NCBI GenBank assembly: GCA_021324155.1 | Contig: JAJPJQ010000037.1 | Location: 36,427-100,426, forward strand | Origin: Pseudomonadota bacterium | GTDB lineage: Bacteria > Desulfobacterota > Binatia > UBA9968 | Length of the DNA: 64,000 bases | Direction: 5' to 3' | Shown here: one piece after another, positions 8,729 to 17,389 of the stretch | How positions within the stretch are numbered: position 1 is the first letter of the stretch | How the letters are laid out: each line of letters starts with the position of its first letter | Translations under genes and position numbers: made by a program | The notes under the pieces: model-generated | Told to the model about the DNA's origin: nothing | The model's database searches: none | What the model saw: only the letters and a program-made list of their open reading frames with translations

Positions 8729-10840
8729 ATGGCGGCGCGTGAGCAATACATCATCGGCATCGACACCGGCGGGACGTTCACCGACGCCGTCGTCATGAGC
8801 GAAGCCGGCCAGGTCTGGACCGCAAAGGCGTCGACGACGCCGGACGACTTCTCGCGCGGCGTCATGGACGCGCTCACCGAAGCGGCGAAGACCGTCGGCG
8901 TCGACCGTAAAGAGCTGTTGAATCGCACGACGCTCTTCAAGCATGGCAGCACCGTCGCGACAAATGCGCTCATCACACACAGCGGCGTCAAAGTCGGCTT
9001 CATCACCACCATGGGATTCGAGGACACGACCGAGATCATGCGCGCGATCGGGCGGGTCGACGGCCTCTCGGAAGACGACATTCGCCACGTCACCTGGGTG
9101 ACGAAGCCCGATCCGATCGTCCCGCGCGAGCTCATCATCGGCGTGCGCGAGCGCGTCGACTATCGCGGCGAAGTCGTCGTGCCGCTGAACCGCGAGGACG
9201 TCATGGATGCGATTCGCCGGCTGATCCAGGACGAGAGAGTCGAGGCGATCGCCGTAAGCCTGCTCCACGCCTGGGCGAATCCGAAGCACGAGGAAGAGAT
9301 TCGCAGCCTCGCCGTGGAAGCCGATCCATCGCGCAAGGTGTACTGGTCGTTCGGCAGCGCGCTGTCTCAAGTCGCCGGCGAGTACGCGCGCGCCAACACG
9401 GCGATCATCAACAGCTACTTAGGCCCGACCGTCGAGCGCTATCTCAAGGGCCTCGACGAGAAACTCCGCGCCGGGGGATTGAAAGAGCCGCTGCTCGTGA
9501 TGCAGGGCAACGGCGGTGTCGCGCACCGCGAGCAGGTCTCCGCGATCGCGAATCTCCAATCCGGACCGGCCGGCGGCATGATCGCTTCCGCGCATGTCGC
9601 GGCGCTGCTCAAGCATAAGAACGTCATCACGACCGACATGGGCGGCACAAGCTTCGATGTCGGTCTCATTACCGAGGGCTACTGGCGCTACGCGCCGGAG
9701 CCGATCGTCGAGCGCTTTCGCGTTCTCCAGCCGATCATCGATATCGAGTCGATCGGCGCGGGCGGCGGCACGATCGCGCGCGTCGAGCCGGAGACCGGCC
9801 GTCTGCTCGTCGGCCCGAAAAGCGCCGGCGCAAGCCCCGGCCCGGTCTGCTACGATGCGGGCGGCGAGGAAGTCACCGTCACCGACGCGGATCTCGTCCT
9901 CGGCGTGATCGATCCGAATTATTTCCTCGGCGGCAAAAAGCTCCTGAACAAAGAGAACGCCATCAAAGCCGTCGAGGAAAAAATCGCGCGCCCGCTGAAG
10001 CTGAAGGCGCACGAGGCCGCCGCCGGCGTGGTCGAGATCGTCAACAGCAAAATGGCCGATCTCATCCGCCGCCAGGTCGTGCGCACCGGCTACCTTCCCG
10101 AAGAATTCGTCATCTACGCATTCGGCGGCGCCGGAGCGGTGCACGCCGCCGGCTTCGCCGCCGATTTGGGCGTCAAGGAGATTTATATTTTCGCGACTTC
10201 GCCCGTCTTCTCCGCCTTCGGCGCGGCGGCGGCCGACGTCATCCGCACGCGCGTGATGACGTGCCAGTATATCCTTCCGGCCGACCCGCGCGCCGTCAAC
10301 GAGCGGCTCGCGGCGATCGAGTCGGAGATGAAAGAGATCATGAAGGGCGAGGGTTTTGCCGCCGGCGAAACGGAGTTCCGCCGCTTCTTTACAATTCGTT
10401 ACCGGCGCCAGACCGCCGGCGTCGAGCTGCCGATCGTCTGGGACCGCTTCAATAGCGAGCGCATGCAAGAGATCGTGAAGCTATTCGAGAAAAAATACGA
10501 GGAGCTTTACGGTACCGGCGCCGGCTACACGAAGGCGGGCATCGAGATCAGCGCGATCCGCGTCGACGCGGTGGGACGCGTCGCCAAGCCGCGCCTGAAG
10601 ATCCAGCGTGGGAAGTCCGCGAATGCCGGCGCGGCCAAAAAAGGCCGCCGGAAAATTTTCTTCACGCGCCCTGAGCGGCGGTTTATCGACACCGACGTTT
10701 ACGACTACATGCGCCTGTCTCCCGGCGCGCGCATCAAGGGACCGGCGGTCGTCGAGCTTCCATTCACGACCGTGCTCGTGCCGCCCGGGTTTCAAGTGAG
10801 CGTCGATTCGTATCAAAACTTGGTCATGAAGGTCGGCTGA
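8729..10840 (+). CDS. Hydantoinase A / oxoprolinase / acetone carboxylase beta-subunit family protein
   Basis: N-terminus GIDTGGTFTDAV is the ASKHA-fold signature of the HyuA / acetone carboxylase beta family. 703 aa. Confidence 0.85.
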   Translation: MAAREQYIIGIDTGGTFTDAVVMSEAGQVWTAKASTTPDDFSRGVMDALTEAAKTVGVDRKELLNRTTLFKHGSTVATNALITHSGVKVGFITTMGFEDTTEIMRAIGRVDGLSEDDIRHVTWVTKPDPIVPRELIIGVRERVDYRGEVVVPLNREDVMDAIRRLIQDERVEAIAVSLLHAWANPKHEEEIRSLAVEADPSRKVYWSFGSALSQVAGEYARANTAIINSYLGPTVERYLKGLDEKLRAGGLKEPLLVMQGNGGVAHREQVSAIANLQSGPAGGMIASAHVAALLKHKNVITTDMGGTSFDVGLITEGYWRYAPEPIVERFRVLQPIIDIESIGAGGGTIARVEPETGRLLVGPKSAGASPGPVCYDAGGEEVTVTDADLVLGVIDPNYFLGGKKLLNKENAIKAVEEKIARPLKLKAHEAAAGVVEIVNSKMADLIRRQVVRTGYLPEEFVIYAFGGAGAVHAAGFAADLGVKEIYIFATSPVFSAFGAAAADVIRTRVMTCQYILPADPRAVNERLAAIESEMKEIMKGEGFAAGETEFRRFFTIRYRRQTAGVELPIVWDRFNSERMQEIVKLFEKKYEELYGTGAGYTKAGIEISAIRVDAVGRVAKPRLKIQRGKSANAGAAKKGRRKIFFTRPERRFIDTDVYDYMRLSPGARIKGPAVVELPFTTVLVPPGFQVSVDSYQNLVMKVG

Positions 10841-10848
10841 AGGAAGCG

Positions 10849-11826
10849 ATGAGACGCGTTCGCATTTTTTCGCTGATCGTCATTTTCGCTGGAGCCATAT
10901 TGTTGTGCGCCGCGCGCACGGACGCCGAACCGGTACGCATCGCCGTCGGGACGGCGAGCGTCGCATCGCTGCCGACTTGGGTCGCTCAGGACGGCGGCTA
11001 TTTCACGCGCGAGGGCATCCAGTCCGAATTGATCTACATCCGCGGTGGCCCGCAGACGCTCTCGGCACTCGTCGGCGGCGACGTGCCTTTCGCGCAGGTG
11101 TACAGCCAGCCTGTCCTGGCCGCGCGTATCACGGGCGCCGATACCGTGATCGTCGCCGGCCTCATCAATACGCCGCTGTTTTCCATCGTCACCGTGAAAG
11201 ATATCGGCAAGCCGGAAGAATTGCGCGGCAAGAAAATCGGCATCAGCACCTTCGGCTCCGCCACCGACCTCGCGGCGCGCCTCGCGCTCAAGAAATGGGG
11301 CCTCAAGCCGGAGACCGAAGTAACGATCCTGCAGATGCGGGGCGTGCCAGAGATTCTGCCGGCGATGGTCTCGGGCGCGATTCACGGCGGCGTGCTGTCG
11401 CCGCCGACCAACATGATGGCGGTGAAGGCCGGTTTCAGGGAGCTCGCTTATCTACCGCAAGCCGGCATCTCGTTCCAGCACACGACGCTCACCACGACGC
11501 GAAGATATCTGGAAAAAAATCGCCCGACCGCTCTCAAGGTTCTGAACGCCTACAAGGGGGCGATCGAGAGGATTAAAAGCGACAAGGCGTTCGCGTCGAA
11601 GACGCTGGCCAAGTATATGCTGACGAACGACGCCGAAGTGCTCGACTACAGCTACACCGTCTCCGCGCCGCTCTTTAAGCCGCTTCCCTATCCGACGCTC
11701 GACGGCATCCGCGCGACGCTCGATTTCATCGCCGAGCGCGAGCCGAAGGCGCGCCAGGCGGAGCCGAAAGACTTCGTCGATGTCTCGCTCCTCGAGGAGA
11801 TCGAGAAGGCGGGACGTAAAAAATAG
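10849..11826 (+). CDS. ABC transporter substrate-binding protein, NMT1/THI5-like, embedded in the hydantoinase-like operon
   Basis: Signal peptide (IFSLIVIFAGAILLCAARTDA). Paralog of the three upstream SBPs; sits between the HyuA-like and HyuB-like genes with 8 bp and 13 bp spacers. Confidence 0.7.
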   Translation: MRRVRIFSLIVIFAGAILLCAARTDAEPVRIAVGTASVASLPTWVAQDGGYFTREGIQSELIYIRGGPQTLSALVGGDVPFAQVYSQPVLAARITGADTVIVAGLINTPLFSIVTVKDIGKPEELRGKKIGISTFGSATDLAARLALKKWGLKPETEVTILQMRGVPEILPAMVSGAIHGGVLSPPTNMMAVKAGFRELAYLPQAGISFQHTTLTTTRRYLEKNRPTALKVLNAYKGAIERIKSDKAFASKTLAKYMLTNDAEVLDYSYTVSAPLFKPLPYPTLDGIRATLDFIAEREPKARQAEPKDFVDVSLLEEIEKAGRKK

Positions 11827-11839
11827 TCCGAGGATTTTC

Positions 11840-14059
11840 ATGAAAGCGATCGATCCCATTCGCTTCGAGATGTTCTTCCACCGCCTGTGGGCGATCGGCG
11901 AGGAAGGCCGCATGACGCTCCAGCGCGTCACCGCCTCGCCCATCGTCTCGCAAGGCGGCGAGTGCATGAGCTCGTTCTACGACGAGAAGGGCGACATGGT
12001 GCTCGCCTGCTCCGGCCACCTGCGCTTCGCCGCGGCGACGTCGGACGCGATCAAATATTTGATCGACGGCTTCGGCGCCACGCCGGGCTTTCACGACGGC
12101 GACCAGATCTTCTTCAACGACCCGTACGTCGCCGGCTCGCACACGTACGACATGATGGTGATCAAGCCGATCTTCCACAGAAAGAAGCTGATCGCATGGA
12201 CCGCGACCAGCACGCACACCGCCGATACCGGCGGGCTGTTGCGCGGCGCCGCGGAAGAGATTTATCACGAAGGAATCTGCATACCCTGTTTGAAGATCGT
12301 CGAGCGCGGTGAGTTTCGCGAAGACGTCTTTCGCACCCTCACCGGCCAGTGCCGCGATCCGCAGTACGTCGGCCTCGATTTGAAGGCGATGATCGCCGGC
12401 AACAACGTCTGCGCGCGACGCTATCTCGGATTGGTGGAAAAGTTCGGCGCGGATTTCGTGGCCGCCGCGGGTCAGAAGATGATCCGCGACTCCGAAGCCA
12501 AGGCGCGCGCGAAGCTGCGCTCGATGCCCGACGGCGTCTGGGTGACGCGCCAATACGTCACCACGCTCGACCGCAAGTCGCGCAAGTCGGTCGCGCAGCA
12601 GCTTTTCCTCACGATGACGAAGAAAGGCGACGAGCTGCATCTCGATTTTACCGGCACGAGTCCGCAGACCGACACCGACCACAATTCGACGCTGCCGAGC
12701 ACCGTCGCGCATATCGCGCTCGCGCTCACCAACACGCTTTTCTGGGACGTGCCGTGGAGCGACGGCAAAATGCGGCCGGTAACGATTACCGTGCCGGAGG
12801 GCACGATCCTCAACTGCAAGTATCCCGCCGCGTGCGGCGCCGGACCGCGCATCGGCAACGTGCTCGTCTCGACGACCTGCGAGGCCGCGGCGAAAATGAT
12901 TTTCGCATCAGGCCGCAGCGAGGACGTCAATGCATCGACCACAGGTAATTTGGAGTTCGTCGGCGGCCCCGGCTACTTTTACGGCGGCCGCACGCGCGAA
13001 GGCATCCGCGTCGCGCAGGGACTCTACGACATCCACGGTGCGGGCATGGGCGCCGCGCCCTATCGCGACGGCGTCAACACCGGCGGCCACATGAATATTC
13101 CGTCGGCCGGCATCAGCGACGTCGAGCGCATCGAGATGCAGTATCCGTTTTTATACTTCACGCGTGGGCATAACCGCGACGGCAGCGGTTTCGGAAAATA
13201 CCGTGGCGGATTGGGCAGTTATCGTATTTATCTTATCTATGGCTCGAAGGACTGCTCGGTCGACTACAAGCCCTACGGCGGCATCGCGCAGGGCGGCTTC
13301 GGCCTCTTCGGCGGCTATCCGACCGGCATCGGCGCGATGCGCGTCATGACCGAAGCGGGCGTCGACATGGTCGATAAAGTAAAGCAGGGAAAATATCCCG
13401 ACGCGTCATCGATGCGCGCCGGCGATTGGGGCAAGCCGTTTCATCCGCAGGGCGTGCCGGAGCGTATCGCCCTGCCGGAAGGAAGTTTACTTGTCGACTA
13501 TGTCGCCGGCGGCGGCGGTTTCGGCGATCCGCTGGATCGCGCGCCCGAGGCGGTGCTGAAAGATTTCGGCCGCGGCTGGGTCAGCCGAGAGACGGCGGAA
13601 GGAATTTACGGCGTCGTCATTGCCGCCGATGGCAAAAAACTGGACAGCGACGCGACGGCGCGCAAGCGCGAGCACATCCGCCGCGCGCGCCGCGACGAGG
13701 CGAGAGCCGAGGCTGGAAAAACCAGCGCCTTCAACGGCGACGGGAAAAAAGACTTAAAGACGCTGCTCAAATTCCACGCGGCGCTGGAAACCGCCGGCGA
13801 CAGGAAGAACGCCGTCGTGCGCTGCTCGCGCTGCGGCCATGCCTTCTGCTCGGTCAAGGAAAATTACAAGCTCTACGCGCTGCATCGCGTCGTGCACCTG
13901 AAAGACTTCATGCCGAACGCGCTGCCGACGGGCGAGCCGTACATCGGCGAGTATCATTATTATTTCTGCCCCGGCTGCGCGACACAGCTTCAGGTCGACC
14001 TCTTCTGCCCGCCGCTCGGCGGCGAGCCGATTCTCTGGGACATACGGATCGCGTCATGA
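11840..14059 (+). CDS. Hydantoinase B / oxoprolinase / acetone carboxylase alpha-subunit family protein with C-terminal AcxC-like zinc-ribbon (gamma-subunit-like) domain
   Basis: HyuB-family core. The C-terminal about 90 aa carries CSRCGHAFC...YKLYALH...YFCPGCATQL, matching my recollection of the Cys4 Zn-ribbon pattern of acetone carboxylase gamma subunits. Start set at MKAIDP (11840). Confidence 0.8.
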   Translation: MKAIDPIRFEMFFHRLWAIGEEGRMTLQRVTASPIVSQGGECMSSFYDEKGDMVLACSGHLRFAAATSDAIKYLIDGFGATPGFHDGDQIFFNDPYVAGSHTYDMMVIKPIFHRKKLIAWTATSTHTADTGGLLRGAAEEIYHEGICIPCLKIVERGEFREDVFRTLTGQCRDPQYVGLDLKAMIAGNNVCARRYLGLVEKFGADFVAAAGQKMIRDSEAKARAKLRSMPDGVWVTRQYVTTLDRKSRKSVAQQLFLTMTKKGDELHLDFTGTSPQTDTDHNSTLPSTVAHIALALTNTLFWDVPWSDGKMRPVTITVPEGTILNCKYPAACGAGPRIGNVLVSTTCEAAAKMIFASGRSEDVNASTTGNLEFVGGPGYFYGGRTREGIRVAQGLYDIHGAGMGAAPYRDGVNTGGHMNIPSAGISDVERIEMQYPFLYFTRGHNRDGSGFGKYRGGLGSYRIYLIYGSKDCSVDYKPYGGIAQGGFGLFGGYPTGIGAMRVMTEAGVDMVDKVKQGKYPDASSMRAGDWGKPFHPQGVPERIALPEGSLLVDYVAGGGGFGDPLDRAPEAVLKDFGRGWVSRETAEGIYGVVIAADGKKLDSDATARKREHIRRARRDEARAEAGKTSAFNGDGKKDLKTLLKFHAALETAGDRKNAVVRCSRCGHAFCSVKENYKLYALHRVVHLKDFMPNALPTGEPYIGEYHYYFCPGCATQLQVDLFCPPLGGEPILWDIRIAS

Positions 14060-15249
14060 GTCTTCGAGGCAAAGCCGCCGTAGTCGGCATCGGCGAAACG
14101 CCGGTCGATCGGCTAGGCAGAAAGCCGGGCGAGCCGAAGAAATCGACCGCCGAGTATCTCGCTTGGGCCGCGCGCCTCGCGATGGAAGACGCCGGGCTCA
14201 GCAAGCGCGATTTCGACGGCCAGGGGCTCGCCGCGATCTACACGACCAATCACTCCCAGCCGTTCTGGCCCGAAGAGGCGGCGAATATCCTCGGGCTCGC
14301 CCCCGCCGTCTCGCTCGCTGGTGGCAACGGCGGCGCGAGCGCGGTGTCGCTGCTCGGCCACGCGGCGGCGATGATCGACGCCAGCGTCGTCGATCTCGTG
14401 CTCGTCCTCGCCGCGGCGGCGCCTTTCAGCGAGCACGGCCGCACGCGCGCCGAACCCGGCGACACGCGCGACTTCGAGATGCCCTACGGCGTCATGGGGC
14501 CGAACTGCAAGATCTCATTCGTGATGAGCCGCTATATGTACGAGTCCGGTATGACCGTCGACCATTTCGGCAAGATCGCCGTCACCGGCCGTTATCACGC
14601 GACGCTCAATCCAGAGGCATATTTGAGGAAACCGCTGACGCTGGAAGAATATCGCAGCGCGCGCCTCATCTCCGACCCAATCCGGCTCTATGACTGCGTG
14701 CTGCCCGCCAACGGCGGGAAGGCGTACATCATGGCCTCGCCCGCTCGCGCCCGCACACTCAAGAAGCCGCCGGTTTATCTGCTCGGCTGGGGCGAGCGCA
14801 ACAACGCGAGCGCCGGCCCGCGCGCGCACGCGAACCCACTGATCACCGGTATCCGCGAGTCCGGTCAGGCGGCCTTCGCGATGGCCGGCGTGACGCACAA
14901 GGACGTCGACCTGCTCGCGCTCTACGACGACTACATTCCCATCGTCATGCTGCAGATCGAAGACCTCGGCTTCTGTAAGAAAAACGATCGGGAGTTTTTC
15001 GAGCGCACGGACTTCACGTTCAAAGGCGACCTGCCGATCCAGACCGGCGGCGGCATGATCAACTGCGGTCAGCCTTCCACGGCCGGCGGCATGCTGCACG
15101 TGCTCGAGACGGTGCGGCAGCTCCGTGGCGAAGGCGGCGCGCGCCAAGTGGAAGGCGCGAAGATCGGTCTCGCGACCGGCCTCGGCGCCGTCAACTACGG
15201 AAAAAATTTCGGCTGCACTGCGGCCGCGATTTTGGCGAAAGAGCTATAA
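14056..15249 (+). CDS. Thiolase-like (SCP-x / non-specific lipid-transfer-type) protein
   Basis: About 397 aa with the thiolase fold. Start ATG overlaps the upstream TGA (ATGA). Typical partner of DUF35 proteins. Confidence 0.7.
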   Translation: MSLRGKAAVVGIGETPVDRLGRKPGEPKKSTAEYLAWAARLAMEDAGLSKRDFDGQGLAAIYTTNHSQPFWPEEAANILGLAPAVSLAGGNGGASAVSLLGHAAAMIDASVVDLVLVLAAAAPFSEHGRTRAEPGDTRDFEMPYGVMGPNCKISFVMSRYMYESGMTVDHFGKIAVTGRYHATLNPEAYLRKPLTLEEYRSARLISDPIRLYDCVLPANGGKAYIMASPARARTLKKPPVYLLGWGERNNASAGPRAHANPLITGIRESGQAAFAMAGVTHKDVDLLALYDDYIPIVMLQIEDLGFCKKNDREFFERTDFTFKGDLPIQTGGGMINCGQPSTAGGMLHVLETVRQLRGEGGARQVEGAKIGLATGLGAVNYGKNFGCTAAAILAKEL

Positions 15250-15252
15250 ATC

Positions 15253-15681
15253 ATGGCAGAAGCCGTCAAAGAAATTCCCAAGCCGCTGCCCGAAATCACG
15301 TCGGTGACCAAGCCTTTCTGGGACGCGGCGGCCGAAGGTAAGCTGCGCATGCAGAAATGCGCCGCGTGCGGCGCTTGGGTCTGGTGTCCGCGTCCACAAT
15401 GCGGCGAGTGCGGCAGCGAGAAGCTCGTATGGACGGAGCTCAGCGGCCGCGGCGAAGTCTTCGCGTTCACCGTCATCCGCGAGGTCGTCGGGCGCGCGCT
15501 CCGCGGCTTCGAGAAGGATATCCCTTACGTGACCGCCTGGATCGATCTCGAAGAGGGCCCGCGGATCTGCAGCAACATCGTCGGCTGCCCCATCGAGCAG
15601 GTAAAGATCGGCTTGCCCCTCCAAGTGCTGTTCGAGGACGCCGGCCGGGGAATCTTCCTGCCCAAATTTAAGCCGCGCTAA
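15253..15681 (+). CDS. DUF35 OB-fold / rubredoxin-like Zn-ribbon protein
   Basis: Motif CAACGAWVWCPRPQCGECGS (Cys4 Zn ribbon) followed by an OB-fold region. Classical partner of SCP-x thiolases. Confidence 0.75.
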   Translation: MAEAVKEIPKPLPEITSVTKPFWDAAAEGKLRMQKCAACGAWVWCPRPQCGECGSEKLVWTELSGRGEVFAFTVIREVVGRALRGFEKDIPYVTAWIDLEEGPRICSNIVGCPIEQVKIGLPLQVLFEDAGRGIFLPKFKPR

Positions 15682-15758
15682 TATTTTCTGCTCCGCGTTG
15701 TAATCCCGTCAAAGCCGGGTATATTCTAATTGCCGCATTCTTCTTCCCGGAGGATTCT

Positions 15759-16304
15759 ATGAGGCTTTTTTTTGCCGCAGCCGCAGCCACATTGGTTTTC
15801 TCGTGGAGCATCGCGTCCGCGCAAGCGCCGAGCAACGTCATCAAGAACGGCTCTACCGTGGCCCTTGAATACACGCTTACGAGCGAGGATGGGCAGTTCA
15901 CGGAGTCCAACAAGGGCAAGGAGCCTCTGCGTTACGTCGACGGCCGCGACCAGATCATTCCCGGGCTGGAAAGAGCGCTCGAAGGCCTCCCTGCCGGAGC
16001 GGAGAAGAAAGTAACCGTGAAGCCGGAAGACGGCTACGGTCAGGTCGATCCGAAGAATTTTCAGGAAGTGCCGAAGGAAGCGGTGCCGCCCGACTCTCTC
16101 CACGTCGGCACGACGCTCGTCGCGCAAAACGCCCAGGGACAGCAGTTTCCCGTGCGCATCCACGAGATCAAGGAAAAAACCGTCGTCATGGACATGAACC
16201 ATCCGCTTGCAGGCAAAACGCTCGTTTTCGACGTGAAAATCCTCGACGTAAAGCAGCCGGAAGACCAGACGGCTTCCCCGCCAACCAATTCCCCGCGACA
16301 GTAA
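15759..16304 (+). CDS. FKBP-type peptidyl-prolyl cis-trans isomerase (secreted)
   Basis: Signal peptide, then an FKBP domain (GSTVALEYTLT...DGQ.F.....PL.YV.G...IPGLE.AL.G...G). Confidence 0.75.
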   Translation: MRLFFAAAAATLVFSWSIASAQAPSNVIKNGSTVALEYTLTSEDGQFTESNKGKEPLRYVDGRDQIIPGLERALEGLPAGAEKKVTVKPEDGYGQVDPKNFQEVPKEAVPPDSLHVGTTLVAQNAQGQQFPVRIHEIKEKTVVMDMNHPLAGKTLVFDVKILDVKQPEDQTASPPTNSPRQ

Positions 16305-17053
16305 TGACGCTCGAGGAATTCGCCGATCGTTTAAGAAAAACCCGCGAGATAGTTTTTTTCACCGGCGCCGGCATCAGCACGGAGTCCGGCGTGCCGGACT
16401 TCCGCAGCCCCGGCGGTATCTGGACCAAATACCAACCGGTCTATTACGACGAATTCGTCTCGAGCGAGGCGGCTCGCGCGCGCTATTGGAAAATGAAGAA
16501 CGAGACGCACGAGCTCTATAAGGACGTGCGGCCCAACGTCGGCCATTACGCGATCGCGGCGTTCGAGAAACGCGAGCGGCTACTCGGCCTCATTACGCAG
16601 AACGTCGACGGACTGCACGGCCTCGCCGGCGTGTCGCCGGGAAAGATGGTCGAGCTGCACGGCACGGACCGCAAGGTCACCTGCCTCGATTGCGGCAAAG
16701 AATTCGAGCCGGAGCCGATCTACGCCCGGCTGAAGGACGGCGCGATCCCGGGTCCATGCGCGTGCGGAGGACTGCTCAAGCCGGCGACGATCTCGTTCGG
16801 GCAAGCGATGCCGCAGGACGCGATGCGCCGCGCGGCGCAATGGAGCGAGACAGCGGAGATTTTCGTCGTCGTCGGCTCTTCACTCGCGGTGCAGCCCGCG
16901 GCGTCGTTTCCCGTCGTCGCGAAGCGCAGCGGCGCGCTGCTCGCGATTGTCAACCGCGAGGCCACGCCTCTCGACGATTTAGCCGATTACAACTACCGCG
17001 GCGCAATCGGCGAATTCTTCACGACGCTGAATCCGCTGCTCGCCGACGGATAA
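16304..17053 (+). CDS. cobB: NAD-dependent protein deacylase, Sir2 family
   Basis: GAGIS(T)ESGVPDFR motif, QNVDGLH, and Zn-binding CxxC...CxC (CLDCG...CACGG). Start overlaps the FKBP stop (TAATG). Confidence 0.8.
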   Translation: MTLEEFADRLRKTREIVFFTGAGISTESGVPDFRSPGGIWTKYQPVYYDEFVSSEAARARYWKMKNETHELYKDVRPNVGHYAIAAFEKRERLLGLITQNVDGLHGLAGVSPGKMVELHGTDRKVTCLDCGKEFEPEPIYARLKDGAIPGPCACGGLLKPATISFGQAMPQDAMRRAAQWSETAEIFVVVGSSLAVQPAASFPVVAKRSGALLAIVNREATPLDDLADYNYRGAIGEFFTTLNPLLADG

Positions 17054-17061
17054 AGCGCTCG

Positions 17062-17343
17062 TCACGGACGCGGATAGACGTCGGCACCGTCCGGCGCTTT
17101 GTTTTCGACACCGTGCCATTATTGGCAAATGAATAATTTCCCGCATTGTCCACGCGGCCGCCGCGCATGCTCGGCTTGTTGCCGGTGATCCTGCTGTTGG
17201 TCAAGCGTAGACGTGCCGCCGTCATTTTCGACCCCACCGCCATCTCTCGCGGAATTTCCAGAAATAGCTCTACCCGGATTGATGTAGAGGCCGGCGCGGT
17301 AGTTGTAAATACCGCCGCCGGAACCCTGCGCTTTGTTTCTCAA
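17062..17343 (-). pseudogene. Frameshifted C-terminal remnant of a sixth CSLREA/beta-helix paralog
   Basis: Minus-strand frames give ...GGGIYNYRAGLYINPGRAISGNSARDGGGVENDGG..., ...SRITGNKPSMRGGRVDNAGNYSFANNGTVSKTK and, in a third frame, NKAPDGADVYPRP*. These match the C-termini of the intact paralogs (NKAPNGADVYP*). At least two frameshifts, and no N-terminal part. Confidence 0.55.
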
Positions 17344-17389
17344 GCCTAAAGCCTCGACTTCTCTTCCAGCATTATAATAAACTTGTCGC

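Noticed and set aside
13426-14055. Long 5' extensions of tabulated ORFs (13426-15249, 33808-35403, 41053-42186, 43546-44745, 45160-46803, 2764-3597, 25615-27384, 11780-14059)
   Set aside because: The extensions are Arg-rich, overlap upstream genes, and lack family similarity. Internal Met codons with RBS-like purine runs and/or ATGA/TAATG coupling to the upstream stop give proteins of canonical length for their families.
17054-17110. Possible terminator hairpin after cobB (gacgtcggcaccgtccggcgc + tttgtttt)
   Set aside because: The pairing is imperfect. The same nucleotides are better explained as the conserved ...GADVYP* coding end of the decayed beta-helix paralog, since near-identical sequence recurs at the P1 3' end.
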